From: Nitrospirota bacterium
GTDB taxonomy: Bacteria > Nitrospirota > UBA9217
Assembly: GCA_963737155.1 (NCBI GenBank)
Contig: CAVTRN010000002.1
Span: forward strand, 256,001-320,000
Direction of reading: 5' to 3'
DNA: 64,000 nucleotides
This document shows, one piece after another, positions 55,395 to 64,000 of this stretch (positions are counted from its first letter, which is position 1; each line of letters starts with the position of its first letter). The notes under the pieces are model-generated. The model saw only the letters and a program-made list of their open reading frames with translations. It was not told the DNA's origin and made no database searches. A program made the position numbers and the translations under genes.

Positions 55395-55841
55395 CTTATT
55401 TTAGTAAGCAGCTTCTCCGCATTATTGTTTTCTTAGTGAAGTTGAAACTGGCTGTTCCCAGGCAAGGATCATAATCTTCTTGTGAGCAATAGTATGTTGA
55501 GGATCAATATACGTTGTTATCCCCATATGAGTCATGAAAATTCCCGCACTATATTTTTTAGACCTGTTCATTTTGTCAAGAATGATTTCGACATGGACTT
55601 ACCATTTGTGTGTGTGTCTACAAGTGCTTTGGCGAGGTCATGATGTAAAATGAGTATGCCTATATAAGAACTTAATTCTTTGCCCTATCCACAGCATCTA
55701 AAATAGCTTCGGTACAACCGCCATTAGGAAAAAAATTGACTTCAGTAGAAGCATTATTCAGAGTGATGTCTTTTGCGGATACAGTGATAGGCAGAATGAT
55801 AATTAGAAGAAACATCAGAATGGGTTTGATTTCACGGTCAT
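55395..55841 (-). pseudogene. Degraded copy of the PLD nuclease gene at 1989-2531
   Basis: Collinear DNA similarity (for example identical TTTGTCAAGAATGATTTCGACATG); residual PNGGCTEAI, VEIILDK, IAHKKIMI, SFNFTK and NNAE with stops and frameshifts. Confidence 0.85.
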
Positions 55842-55869
55842 TTTCCCGCAAGAAAATGATCTCACTAAT

Positions 55870-56043
55870 CTACCTATAAAAGATTCTACCTATACAAGTT
55901 AACCCCAAAATAATTGCTATGACTATTGAAAGGGGGATAGCAATAACACGAATCAACCTGAAGACCAGTACGAAGAGCGGAATTAAAGCCAAGCCTATGG
56001 TTACAATCAAACAACCTTTAGCGATATCTTTTGCTTCAAGCAT
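55870..56043 (-). CDS. Homolog of the small membrane protein at 2528-2716
   Basis: MLEAKDIAKGCLIV...P.F.LVF.L...GRI versus MLEKKDFATGCLTI...PLFYLVFKL...GRI. Same position upstream of the PLD gene. Confidence 0.65.
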   Translation of the reverse strand: MLEAKDIAKGCLIVTIGLALIPLFVLVFRLIRVIAIPLSIVIAIILGLTCIGRIFYR

Positions 56044-56152
56044 CGGGCAACTCTTTCTGTTTTTATCCAGATAAAACCTATTTAAAATTATAACAGAATT
56101 GGAATATGCGGGAAGAGGGAACGATATCTTGATTATTTGATCATATTTCCAA

Positions 56153-57567
56153 TGTTTTGGCTCAGCGTGAACTGGACTTTTAGCCGATTTGAGATACACT
56201 ACTATCTCGAACGGAGGAAAGTCCATGAAAAAGAAACGTCACAACTACACACCCGAAGAAAAAGTCATGATCCTCAAACGTCATTTGACCGAAGGAGTCG
56301 CTGTTTCCGTTTTGTGCGACGAGTACCATCTTCAGCCCAAAGTTTTCTACGATTGGCAGAAGCAGTTGTTTGAGAATGCCTCGGCAGCATTCATTCGAGG
56401 CACCAATGGCTCCAACCGCAAAGATCAGAAGCGCATCCAACAGCTTGAAGAGAAGCTCCAAAAAAAGAATGAAGTAGTGTCCGAGCTGATGGAGGAGCAT
56501 GTAAAGTTAAAAAAAGAACTTGGGGAGCTTTAACCGGCGTCTGGGTTCCCCATGATACAAGAGACGCTATCGTTGACTTTGTCCAGAAATGGAACGATAA
56601 GACTGGCATCCCGATCACACATTTCATCGACTGGCTTGCCGTCCGCAAGAGCAAATTCTACACCTGGATCAAACGCTACGGCAAGGTCAACGAGCATAAT
56701 GCCCCCATCCCTCGTGATTTTTGGCTGGAGGAATGGGAACGAGAAGCAATTATTCAGTTCTGCATCAATAACCCGCTTGAAGGCTACCGGCGGCTCACGT
56801 TCATGATGCTCGACCGGAACGTGGTTGCAGTCAGCCCCGCCAGTGTATGGCGTATTCTTTCAAAGGCAGGGCTTTTAGAGCGGTGGAACAAAAAACCCAG
56901 CAAGAAGGGCACCGGCTTTGTTCAGCCGCTTCTGCCCCACGAACATTGGCACGTAGACGTTTCATACATCAACATTTGCGGCACGTTTTACTACTTGTGC
57001 AGCTTTCTCGACGGATGCAGTCGTTTTATCATCCACTGGGAGATCCGGGAGAAGATGGAGGAGACGGATATCGAGATCATCCTTCAAAAGGCAAAGGAGA
57101 AGTTCCCGGAAGCGCGTCCCCGGATCATATCGGACAACGGTCCACAGTTCATCGCCAAGGACTTCAAAGAGTTCATTCGGCTGTCCGGTATGACGCATGT
57201 ACGGACGTCGCCTTATTATCCGCAGTCAAACGGCAAACTGGAGCGGTTCCATAAAACAATCAAAGGAGAATGCATTCGCCCGAAGACACCGCTCTCACTT
57301 GACGAAGCCAGGAGACTTGTGGCAGAGTACATCGAGCACTACAACACCGTCCGACTCCATAGCGCCATCGGTTACATCGCCCCCGCAGACAAACTGAACG
57401 GTAGGGATAAGGAGATTTTCAAAGAACGGGATCAGAAGCTTGAAGCCGCCCGGGAACAACGCAGAGTCAAGAGACAGCAGGTATATGAGAAAAGCGCCCG
57501 ATCCGGGGCATCCGGATATCCCTTAACTCAGATGGCTACACTGTCCACTTCCGACTGAGGCAAAACA
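56153..57567 (+). mobile_element. Complete IS3-family insertion sequence (1415 bp)
   Basis: IRL TGTTTTGGCTCAGCGTGAACTGGAC; IRR (reverse complement) TGTTTTGCCTCAGTCGGAAGTGGAC; 4-bp target duplication CCAA. Confidence 0.93.
56225..57558 (+). CDS. IS3 transposase OrfA (56225-56533) / OrfB joined by -1 programmed frameshift
   Basis: OrfA HTH + leucine zipper; slippery AAAAAAAG at 56509-56516; the -1 frame stays open into WHVDVSY...SDNGPQF...SNGKLERF (DDE). Confidence 0.92.
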
Positions 57568-57577
57568 CCAATACTAA

Positions 57578-57885
57578 CTAATGATTATGCGATCCTATCA
57601 ATGAAACTTTTGCGAACAAAGTAGACATTATGAAGAAGACCGCAATAATCGGGATATTTCTAAAGGTATCCTGCTTCTTAACTCTCTTGATAAATTCAAG
57701 ACCGTCCATGGGAGGCATATACATATCAACAATAAGAAGATTTATGTCAGGGTTACTAGCAAGCTGATTCAGCCCTTCCTGTCCATTGAATCTGTTAGAA
57801 CAGAACATTTGTATCTCGACAATGTAATTTGATAAACCTGGTGAAGTGCGGCCGAATCATCAACAACAAGGATTTTCTTTAACAC
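57578..57885 (-). pseudogene. Frameshifted, truncated CheY-like receiver, copy 2
   Basis: About 260 bp highly similar to 52791-53051; KKILVVDDS / NGQEGL...DMYMPPMDGLEFIK. C-terminus lost. Confidence 0.8.
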
Positions 57886-57983
57886 AATAAATAGCACTCC
57901 TTTATAACACCACAAGAATAGAATCCTACTATTGCAGAGTCACAGTATAAATATGCTGCTCTTCGAAGAGGTTAAATTGCATA

Positions 57984-58601
57984 TCATTTCACTATATACT
58001 TATTCAGAAAATCAAGAAATATCCGCAACGTTTCCTTGTCTGATGTCTTTACATCAGAAAATTCCATGCCAATAAAATATGCTTCTTGCTGTTTTACTAA
58101 ATGCTTTATTCTACAAGCTAAATGAACCTCTTTGTGCAAGAGTTGATATGTTATCGCATAGGCTTCTGCGGGTAGTAAATTCCTGCTTTCCTGTACTGGT
58201 ACTTTTAATCCGCATCCTCCTTCGCTGATGTCAATCATGACTGCATCAGGAATCGTCTGCCCAGAAGCATCTATGAGGTTGACCGACAAATCAGTTTTGA
58301 ATCGTGGTGCAACCCTGAGTTTTAAACACGCTATTTCCTGCGGATATTTGATAAACACCAGAGGAAACGGAACCTGAATTGTGATAATTTCCGATTCAAA
58401 GCCATATGCAACACCGTTCTGCAAAAAACGCACTTTGCTTGGTTCATTAGTCTTAAGCTTTGCTGGCAAATTATTAACATAGACGGCATCTGTCAGAATG
58501 AACGCATTATGCTTCCAACCTAAAACCCGAGTTGACAGATAAGCTTTGTAATATGTTTCGATTGATAAAGTTAGTCCGACATTAAAAACGATGTTTTCCA
58601 T
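57984..58601 (-). CDS. YcgR-like PilZ domain protein (PilZN + PilZ)
   Basis: VRFLQNGVAYGFES N-domain; RVAPR (RxxxR) and DISEGG (DxSxxG); GMEF. Confidence 0.9.
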   Translation of the reverse strand: MENIVFNVGLTLSIETYYKAYLSTRVLGWKHNAFILTDAVYVNNLPAKLKTNEPSKVRFLQNGVAYGFESEIITIQVPFPLVFIKYPQEIACLKLRVAPRFKTDLSVNLIDASGQTIPDAVMIDISEGGCGLKVPVQESRNLLPAEAYAITYQLLHKEVHLACRIKHLVKQQEAYFIGMEFSDVKTSDKETLRIFLDFLNKYIVK

Positions 58602-58652
58602 TTCCTAATTCCTTCTTGCTAAAAAACTGCAAGTAACAAAGCGGCTTATCAG

Positions 58653-58852
58653 TCATTGAGGCGTTATCTTCTGTTTCCTGATATATGCATTCAAGCCAAC
58701 AATCACTGGCTTACCATCTATCATAACATCTGTTTTCTTGTTACCTCTTGTACTCGTTACCGCAAGAGTTTATCCCGATGCACTCGATATTAGTGTTTTC
58801 AGGTCAGCGGTTATGATTAGTTTGCTGCCTTAATTTTATCGATAAGCGCCAT
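58653..58852 (-). pseudogene. Degraded full-length copy of the 3327-3512 small gene
   Basis: GSKLIITADLKT...SASG*TLAVTSTRGNKKTDVMIDGKPVIVGLNAYIRK with a stop and a frameshift. The homologous TG-n-TATAAT promoter is retained near 58882-58890. Confidence 0.85.
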
Positions 58853-58921
58853 GTAAATTTCCGTTGCTGAGATGGGTGTTATTATAACAGAGATGATACT
58901 ACAGATTATTAATATAAGGCA

Positions 58922-59014
58922 TCGGGTTCATTCCCCGAAAGTCACCAGTTCAAATACGGCCCCCGCTACCAAATTATCAAGGGGTTACAGCGTAAGCCGT
59001 AACCCCATTTTTTT
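58922..59014 (+). repeat. Eroded tRNA-fMet 3' fragment + hairpin, copy C (probable att scar)
   Basis: TCGGGTTCATTCCCCGAAAGTCACCAGTTCAAATACGGCCCCCGCTACCA, then TCAAGGGGTTACAGC-GTAA-GCCGTAACCCC-ATTTTTTT. Confidence 0.75.
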
Positions 59015-59285
59015 AAAAAGGACGGTATCAGGAGGACGGAACGGGAGGGTTTTTTGGACCCCCACAGGCACAACCACCTTACAGGATAACCGGAACGCCA
59101 AGATCGGGGTTCCGCAGCTTGCCTGTGAGACCCCCAAAACCACACTTTCTCTACCTTTGCCGGCCGCAAACCGGCTAGTTTACCCGCTCGTGATTCAGGC
59201 CGCCTAAAAGAAATCCCGCTGCCTTCATTGTCTGGTTCTTCGATATAATCGAGAAAACATGATCTTTCTCCACACCTTCTGGTAT

Positions 59286-59741
59286 CTATTTTAGCGGGTT
59301 TCGTTTACGATGCACAAGAGTTCCACTGTAGTACTGTCTGATAAATGCTCTAATTTCTGATTCAAGAGAAAGCAACGGTTTGATTTTACAACCGAGAGCA
59401 AGTTCAATATCGGTAATTTCATTTAAATCAGAAGGGTAAGGCATTGCAACTTCAAGAGTATTTCCTACTTTTCTTACTGGGATAAATTCGTATTTTCGTA
59501 CAATTGATTCTTCAACTTTTATCAGTTCCTCATCAGAAAAATTTTTAGAGAATATATCTACATAAGGTACATTGATATGTTGAGAGATTGCTATAGCTAT
59601 CTCAATTTCATCAACAAAGTTTAATTCAGTAATGATATGACCTAGTTTACCACCCGATTTTTTTTGATGCGCTAATGCATCTGCCAATTGTTTTTCATTG
59701 ATAAGTTTTGATTCTATGAGCATTTCACCTAACTTCATCAT
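59286..59741 (-). CDS. Stand-alone GspE/PilB N-terminal (MshEN/T2SSE_N) domain protein
   Basis: KLGEMLIE..LI...QL..AL..QK..G.KLG.I...L.FV, then LEVAMPYPSDL....DI....GCKIKP. No ATPase domain. Confidence 0.88.
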   Translation of the reverse strand: MMKLGEMLIESKLINEKQLADALAHQKKSGGKLGHIITELNFVDEIEIAIAISQHINVPYVDIFSKNFSDEELIKVEESIVRKYEFIPVRKVGNTLEVAMPYPSDLNEITDIELALGCKIKPLLSLESEIRAFIRQYYSGTLVHRKRNPLK

Positions 59742-59838
59742 TGGATAATCTCCCTAACCCGGCAATATTATAGAATCTGTCGTATAAAAGTTTAAAAGCA
59801 ACGTCCGATTATTAACAAGTTTATAAACTTCTAATCTT

Positions 59839-60179
59839 CTATTGATAAATCGGTGCTTCCATTTTTGAGGCCCAGATATTTTCAACTTCGTTACGGATAA
59901 AGTCGAGTTTGAAATTCATTAGCATCGTTTCCGCTTTTTCACTAAGGAAGCTGTAATGCCATCCCCAATCCATTTTATAAAATCCGACCTCTCCGTCAAC
60001 GGCAATACGTACGAAGAAAGCACCGCCTTTAGTACGTCCGCCCGGAAGAACTAAGTACGCTCGACGTCTGTTTTTGAAAACATCCTCAACAAATTCTGTT
60101 GTGACTTGATTGTTACTCGTTCTTTCCTTTTTGTAGATCCAATATTATTCTTTGATGGTGATACAGGCGTTTCTTTCAC
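59839..60179 (-). pseudogene. Probable frameshifted gene of unknown function
   Basis: GGAGG RBS + GTG start; the frame switches into a second open frame (EFVEDVFKNRRRAYLVLPGG...MDWGWHYSF...). Confidence 0.3.
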
Positions 60180-60380
60180 TAATAACCTCCATCACCATAA
60201 TTGCCAATAAATCCATATTAGAGCTATTTTTCACTAAGTGCAAGTAATCAATTTTATCACGGTTTACCAGAATACTTGAATCCTGTATAATAACCACGCC
60301 ATGAAAACATCTTACAAAGCTAAAAGTAATTGCCCATTGTCTTTACGGTGGAACCAAAAAGACCGGGAGTGATGTAAATC

Positions 60381-60917
60381 ATGATTCTCCACTGCACCCA
60401 AAAACTGCTGAAGGAACTCGGAAGCCCTCACCTCCAGAATCCTGGTGAATCTATCACAGGTCTCGGTAACTGGTACGCCAACCTGCTTGCGATTGACCGG
60501 AGAAAATGCATCCTCTTCACCAACGAGAAAACTCTGTACTCCTTCCTTATCCTCAAGGTTAAGAAAGAGAACCTGAAGAACATTGTTGATGACTTCCTGT
60601 TCAATCTGAACTTGAATCTACAGGCTGAAGGATTCCCTATTGAAGTTATAGGCAGGGTCATGCAAGAGTACACGGATATCGGCTTTGCCAAAACCGCAAG
60701 TAGGCAAATTCTCGATTCTATGAATGAACTCACCTTCCAGTATAAATATCTTATCATAAATCGTTATGGGGGCATTGAAAATATCAGGATTCTCAGAGTC
60801 AATAAGGAAATTAACAGGGTCATTACGCGGGTGGGGAAAGTATATTCCTACCCCATTGAGTCCTTGCGGAAGATATTGATGGGGGAGAGTCAAGCGATAT
60901 ACAAGACGGATTCATAG
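60381..60917 (+). CDS. DUF6933-like protein
   Basis: ILHCTQKLLKEL...LGNWYANL..IDRRKCILFTNEKTLYSF...AKT.SR.IL.SMN. Confidence 0.75.
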   Translation: MILHCTQKLLKELGSPHLQNPGESITGLGNWYANLLAIDRRKCILFTNEKTLYSFLILKVKKENLKNIVDDFLFNLNLNLQAEGFPIEVIGRVMQEYTDIGFAKTASRQILDSMNELTFQYKYLIINRYGGIENIRILRVNKEINRVITRVGKVYSYPIESLRKILMGESQAIYKTDS

Positions 60918-61522
60918 CCTCATGCTGTTACCATTCCCGTTGCCACACAGCATTTCAATTGCCGTTTAGGAATCTAGTCTATTTGGGCAGAGGCAAACTG
61001 TTGTGTGTGTTTCTCGGCGGTAGGATTGCTCTTTCAATGGCTGTGAAGCAGGTGGATAATCGGAAGAGGCAGACGGCGTTGAGTTATTTGGTTATGAAAT
61101 TGTACTGGAAGGAACTCATCAGGACAGTCTGAACCTTCCGAATAAAAAGCTGTACCTTGGGTTTCAGGTAATCTTGAGGTGAATAGCATCTTTTTTGCCC
61201 TAGCAGAAGCTTTAGGCTTCCCTCTCTGTTGCTAGTGAGGGCTTGCACACTGCAATCTGGCGTTAGGCTGTTAAATGCGTGTTTCCTCCGCCTCAAAGCC
61301 CAAGGTACCTGTATGAATCACTGGCGACTTCTTTCACCATTCTCAATGTTGAATTCAGCGTTAATGAAACTATAGCAGAGGAATTCCGTAACGTCAAGGT
61401 AGGAACAAGTGATTTTGGTAAAACTGCGAGCGGAGTGCTTCAGCACGTATATCAAAAAAAACATTACAAAAAATAGTTTTAATTCAATTCATCGGACAAT
61501 CTATGATTGCTGTCGCCCGATC

Positions 61523-61563
61523 AAAAAAAAAGGGTTGGCATAATATGCCAACCCTTTTTTTTT
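61523..61563. terminator. Bidirectional intrinsic terminator
   Basis: Perfect inverted repeat A9-GGGTTGGCAT-aat-ATGCCAACCC-T9. Confidence 0.85.
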
Positions 61564-61901
61564 CTTTATTGATGCTATGCTGCACTTATGAGGCATCAAG
61601 TAGAGCTTCAAACACGAAAAAAACCGTTTCTCTGCTGCTCGATGCTTCCCGCTTCAATTGCATCAGTGCGAGCATTTCGGGCAAACTACATTGCACCGTA
61701 TACAGATTGAACGACTGCAAGGAAGCCATGCTCCGTCTTTTTTATCCCGCTCGCGCGATAGTTCGTATTCATAGACTACCTTCATTCCCCAGACTTGCCA
61801 ACTCGGCATGCTTCTCATGATTACCTCCTTAGCGATTGACAATAGTGAAATTATCTGTTTCTGCCATGCCCGACACTTTTATGATTATGATAGCCACCGC
61901 C

Positions 61902-61930
61902 TTGACATATGTCCAATATATTGATAATAT
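61902..61930 (+). promoter_or_regulatory. Putative sigma70 promoter of the LysR gene
   Basis: TTGACA-17 bp-TAATAT, overlapping an AT-rich dyad with T-N11-A spacing. Confidence 0.45.
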
Positions 61931-61950
61931 CCATTTAATACTTTTTAGAT

Positions 61951-62847
61951 ATGGAACTACGACATCTCAAATACTTTGTTGCAGTGGCCGAAGCACTCCA
62001 TTTTGGGAGAGCTGCCAAAAAGCTTAACATCGCACAGCCGCCCTTGAGCCAGCAGATCATGAACCTGGAAGAAGAACTCGGGATAAAGCTGTTCGACAGG
62101 TCCAGGCGAAACATACAGATGACTGCTGCCGGCGTTTATTTTTTTAAAGAGGCCAGGCAGGTCCTTTTGCATGTTGAAGAGGCTGCTGAAACAGCCAGAA
62201 GGATTCACCACGGAAAGGCCGGACGTCTGGTTGTAGGGTTCGTGGGTTCAGTGATCCATACTTTTTTGCCTGAAGGGTTGCGATTATTCCGGGAGCGCTT
62301 CCCGGAGGTAGAGCTGGAACTGCATGAGATCAATACCGCAGAACAGATAGCGTCGCTTCATGCGAAACGCATTGATGTTGGATTCTTCTACACGGGCGCT
62401 GAGGATTCCATGCTTGCATCAAAAACGCTCACACTGGCTCCTTTGATGGCGGTATTGCATAATAAACACCGTCTCTCAAGCCGTAACTCGGTGCAAATCA
62501 AGGAACTGGCTCATGAGCTTTTCATTGCAAACACACGCTCCTCAGAGCCGGTTGTCCGTGATGCCTTTATCAGCCTGTGTCATTCTGCCGGCTTCAGCCC
62601 GAAAATAGCACAGGAGGCAGGGCAGGTACAAACCGTGCTGGGTCTTGTAGCTTCCGGACTGGGAGTCTGCCTCCTCCCCGATTTTATAAAAAATATCAGG
62701 CGTCCGGGAGTACAGTATATTCCGTTGTCAGGATCACCGCCGGAGGTAAAACTTGCCGTAGTCTGGCGCAGCGATAATGCTTCCATCCTGGTAAAGTCAT
62801 TTGTAAATTTAATTGAGTCTTATTCGAATTTCGACTGGGAACGTTGA
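61951..62847 (+). CDS. LysR-family transcriptional regulator (BenM/AlsR/HcaR-like)
   Basis: MELRHLKYFVAVAEALHFGRAA.KL.IAQPPLSQQI..LEEELG..LF.R HTH plus substrate-binding domain. Confidence 0.96.
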   Translation: MELRHLKYFVAVAEALHFGRAAKKLNIAQPPLSQQIMNLEEELGIKLFDRSRRNIQMTAAGVYFFKEARQVLLHVEEAAETARRIHHGKAGRLVVGFVGSVIHTFLPEGLRLFRERFPEVELELHEINTAEQIASLHAKRIDVGFFYTGAEDSMLASKTLTLAPLMAVLHNKHRLSSRNSVQIKELAHELFIANTRSSEPVVRDAFISLCHSAGFSPKIAQEAGQVQTVLGLVASGLGVCLLPDFIKNIRRPGVQYIPLSGSPPEVKLAVVWRSDNASILVKSFVNLIESYSNFDWER

Positions 62848-63126
62848 AAATCCTTTCCCTATGACCCGAGCGTCAGATGACGTCCGCGAAGAAGGTGAAA
62901 TAGGGATGTTCCGCAATGGAGCGAAGCTTCCCATGTATCTTACGAGCATTTCGAGCCGACTCAAGGACGGCGCAGTGCTTCCTGAAACCTCGTAACGACA
63001 TGGTTCAAAGACAAGATCAGTGAACGGAATTATCAGACACTCAATAATAGCTAACCTGCACACAATCTCAGGTTGCCATATCTAAAGGCACACCCCCCGG
63101 TTATACAAACACCTCCCAGCGCATTG

Positions 63127-63395
63127 TTCGTATGGATCCGCCAAGGCCGCTTCTAATCCCAGGAAACACGAAGGCGTGACCTTTGAAGAGGCTAAGCATG
63201 TTCTATTCGATCCATTTGCTCTCACTCATGAGGATAGTGATGCCCAAGGTGAACAGTGGATTGTAACTTCGGGTATTGGAGGAAAAGGGAGAATTCTGGT
63301 TGTCCTCTACACATACCGAGAATAAACAATTCGGCTTATTGCGGTTTGGAAGGCAAGTGAGGCTTAACGGATAAGATATGAAAAACATTTAAGAT
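63127..63395 (+). pseudogene. brnT: BrnT toxin pseudogene
   Basis: KAASNPRKHEGVTFEEA..V..DPFALT.ED....GEQ.....G.....RILVVLYTYRE*TIRLI...KA with internal stops. Confidence 0.85.
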
Positions 63396-63402
63396 AAGGC
63401 AT

Positions 63403-63615
63403 ATGCAAAGTTCAAGAATTACGATTTTTCAATGCAAAACCAGTTGCGAACACTCCGCATCTGACAAGTTCCAGGCTTCAGCCGGCAAGAAGCTCATATT
63501 ACCATGAGCGTTAACAGCAATGTCCTGGCTGTATTCAAAGCATGGGCAGAGATTGCCGGTGGCAGCTATCAGACATTGCTGAATGAAGCAGTGAAACAGT
63601 TTGCTCACGGCGTGG
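63403..63615 (+). pseudogene. brnA: BrnA antitoxin pseudogene
   Basis: NYDFS / AKPV..TPHL / ITMSVNSNVLAVFKA.A...GGSYQTLLNEAVKQF across frameshifts, directly after brnT. Confidence 0.75.
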
Positions 63616-63871
63616 CCCCTCTTCCGCAGTTAAAAATTCAAGGTTCCAGTAAATCATTTTCTTAGCTGGCAAAATAACTATGGAATAACATACTTCCCTC
63701 CTAAAGATAATCATAATTATGCCGATAAATAATCTGTCATCTAAAGATGAGACATGTATCCCGTCTCTCTGTAGTAGATTAGCAAGGTGCGCTTTGTAGG
63801 TGCGGTTTCTCTAAATGAGTATTCTGGGAACACAATATATTGTCATGGATTGTCAAAAAAGGAGGATTGCA

Positions 63872-64000
63872 ATGTTTAAAATGTTCAGGTTTTTAAGCGG
63901 GATCATGGTCTTGTCTGTTGCTCTGCTTATGGCTGGATGCAGTGGGTCGTCAAGCAGCGGGACCACAAGCAGCGGATCAACGAGCAGTAGTAGCAGTGCA
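63872..64000 (+). CDS. Lipoprotein N-terminus with Ser/Gly/Thr-rich tether, continues beyond the window
   Basis: AGGAGG RBS; MFKMFRFLSGIMVLSVALLMAG-C then SGSSSSGTTSSGSTSSSSS. Confidence 0.8.
   Translation, partial: MFKMFRFLSGIMVLSVALLMAGCSGSSSSGTTSSGSTSSSSSA

Noticed and set aside
55870-56226. 118-aa ORF as listed in the track
   Set aside because: Its N-terminal part is read out of the IS3 left end; homology to 2528-2716 puts the real start at 56043.
49795-59014. Intact tRNA genes at the three tRNA-like sites
   Set aside because: The 5' acceptor strand and D-arm are missing and the anticodon/T arms are mutated; reported as scars instead.
61570-61830. Gene divergent from LysR (AGGAGG + ATG near 61819)
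   Set aside because: The frame closes after 16 codons and no family was recognised; possibly a decayed target gene, but unsupported.
1-64000. CRISPR array or integron attC array
   Set aside because: No regularly spaced identical repeats, no cas or intI gene, and the recurring hairpins lack the attC RYYYAAC...GTTRRRY layout.

Overview
Bacterial accessory region; gene content and style suggest a Gram-negative anaerobe such as Nitrospirota or Desulfobacterota, which is a guess. There are three parts. (1) 1-25,000: a patchwork of unlinked genes (B12 radical SAM, SRAP, PLD nuclease, aldo/keto reductase, SspB-like, TfoX, DUF4398/OmpA pair, stand-alone MORC-like GHKL ATPase, sterol desaturase, KimA-like transporter, bactofilin, RibD-C protein, 5-PAS hybrid kinase), with gene relics in many spacers. 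(2) 25,400-49,450: a co-oriented, visibly GC-rich 11-gene island and the main candidate for an undescribed system. A REC-AraC regulator precedes a 4,425-aa secreted protein (13 DUF11/isopeptide-type repeats, SdrD-B-like domains, three OmpA-like domains and a ~930-aa C-terminal beta-barrel with a SprA-like motif). It is followed by a secreted protein, three TPR proteins, a GltF-like peptide, a TolQ plus two ExbD motor and a GltG/AgmX-like TonB-type protein. This resembles the Myxococcus Agl-Glt core coupled to one giant adhesin/translocon instead of GltA/B/H/K-CglB. (3) 49,450-64,000: an AT-rich, decaying stretch with three eroded tRNA-fMet 3' fragments (probable att scars), a complete ISL3 and IS3 with target-site duplications, degraded copies of genes intact at 2-3.5 kb, PilZ and MshEN proteins, a LysR regulator and a BrnT/BrnA relic. 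No rRNA, intact tRNA or CRISPR array was seen. All family calls are by-eye motif recognition; no searches were run.
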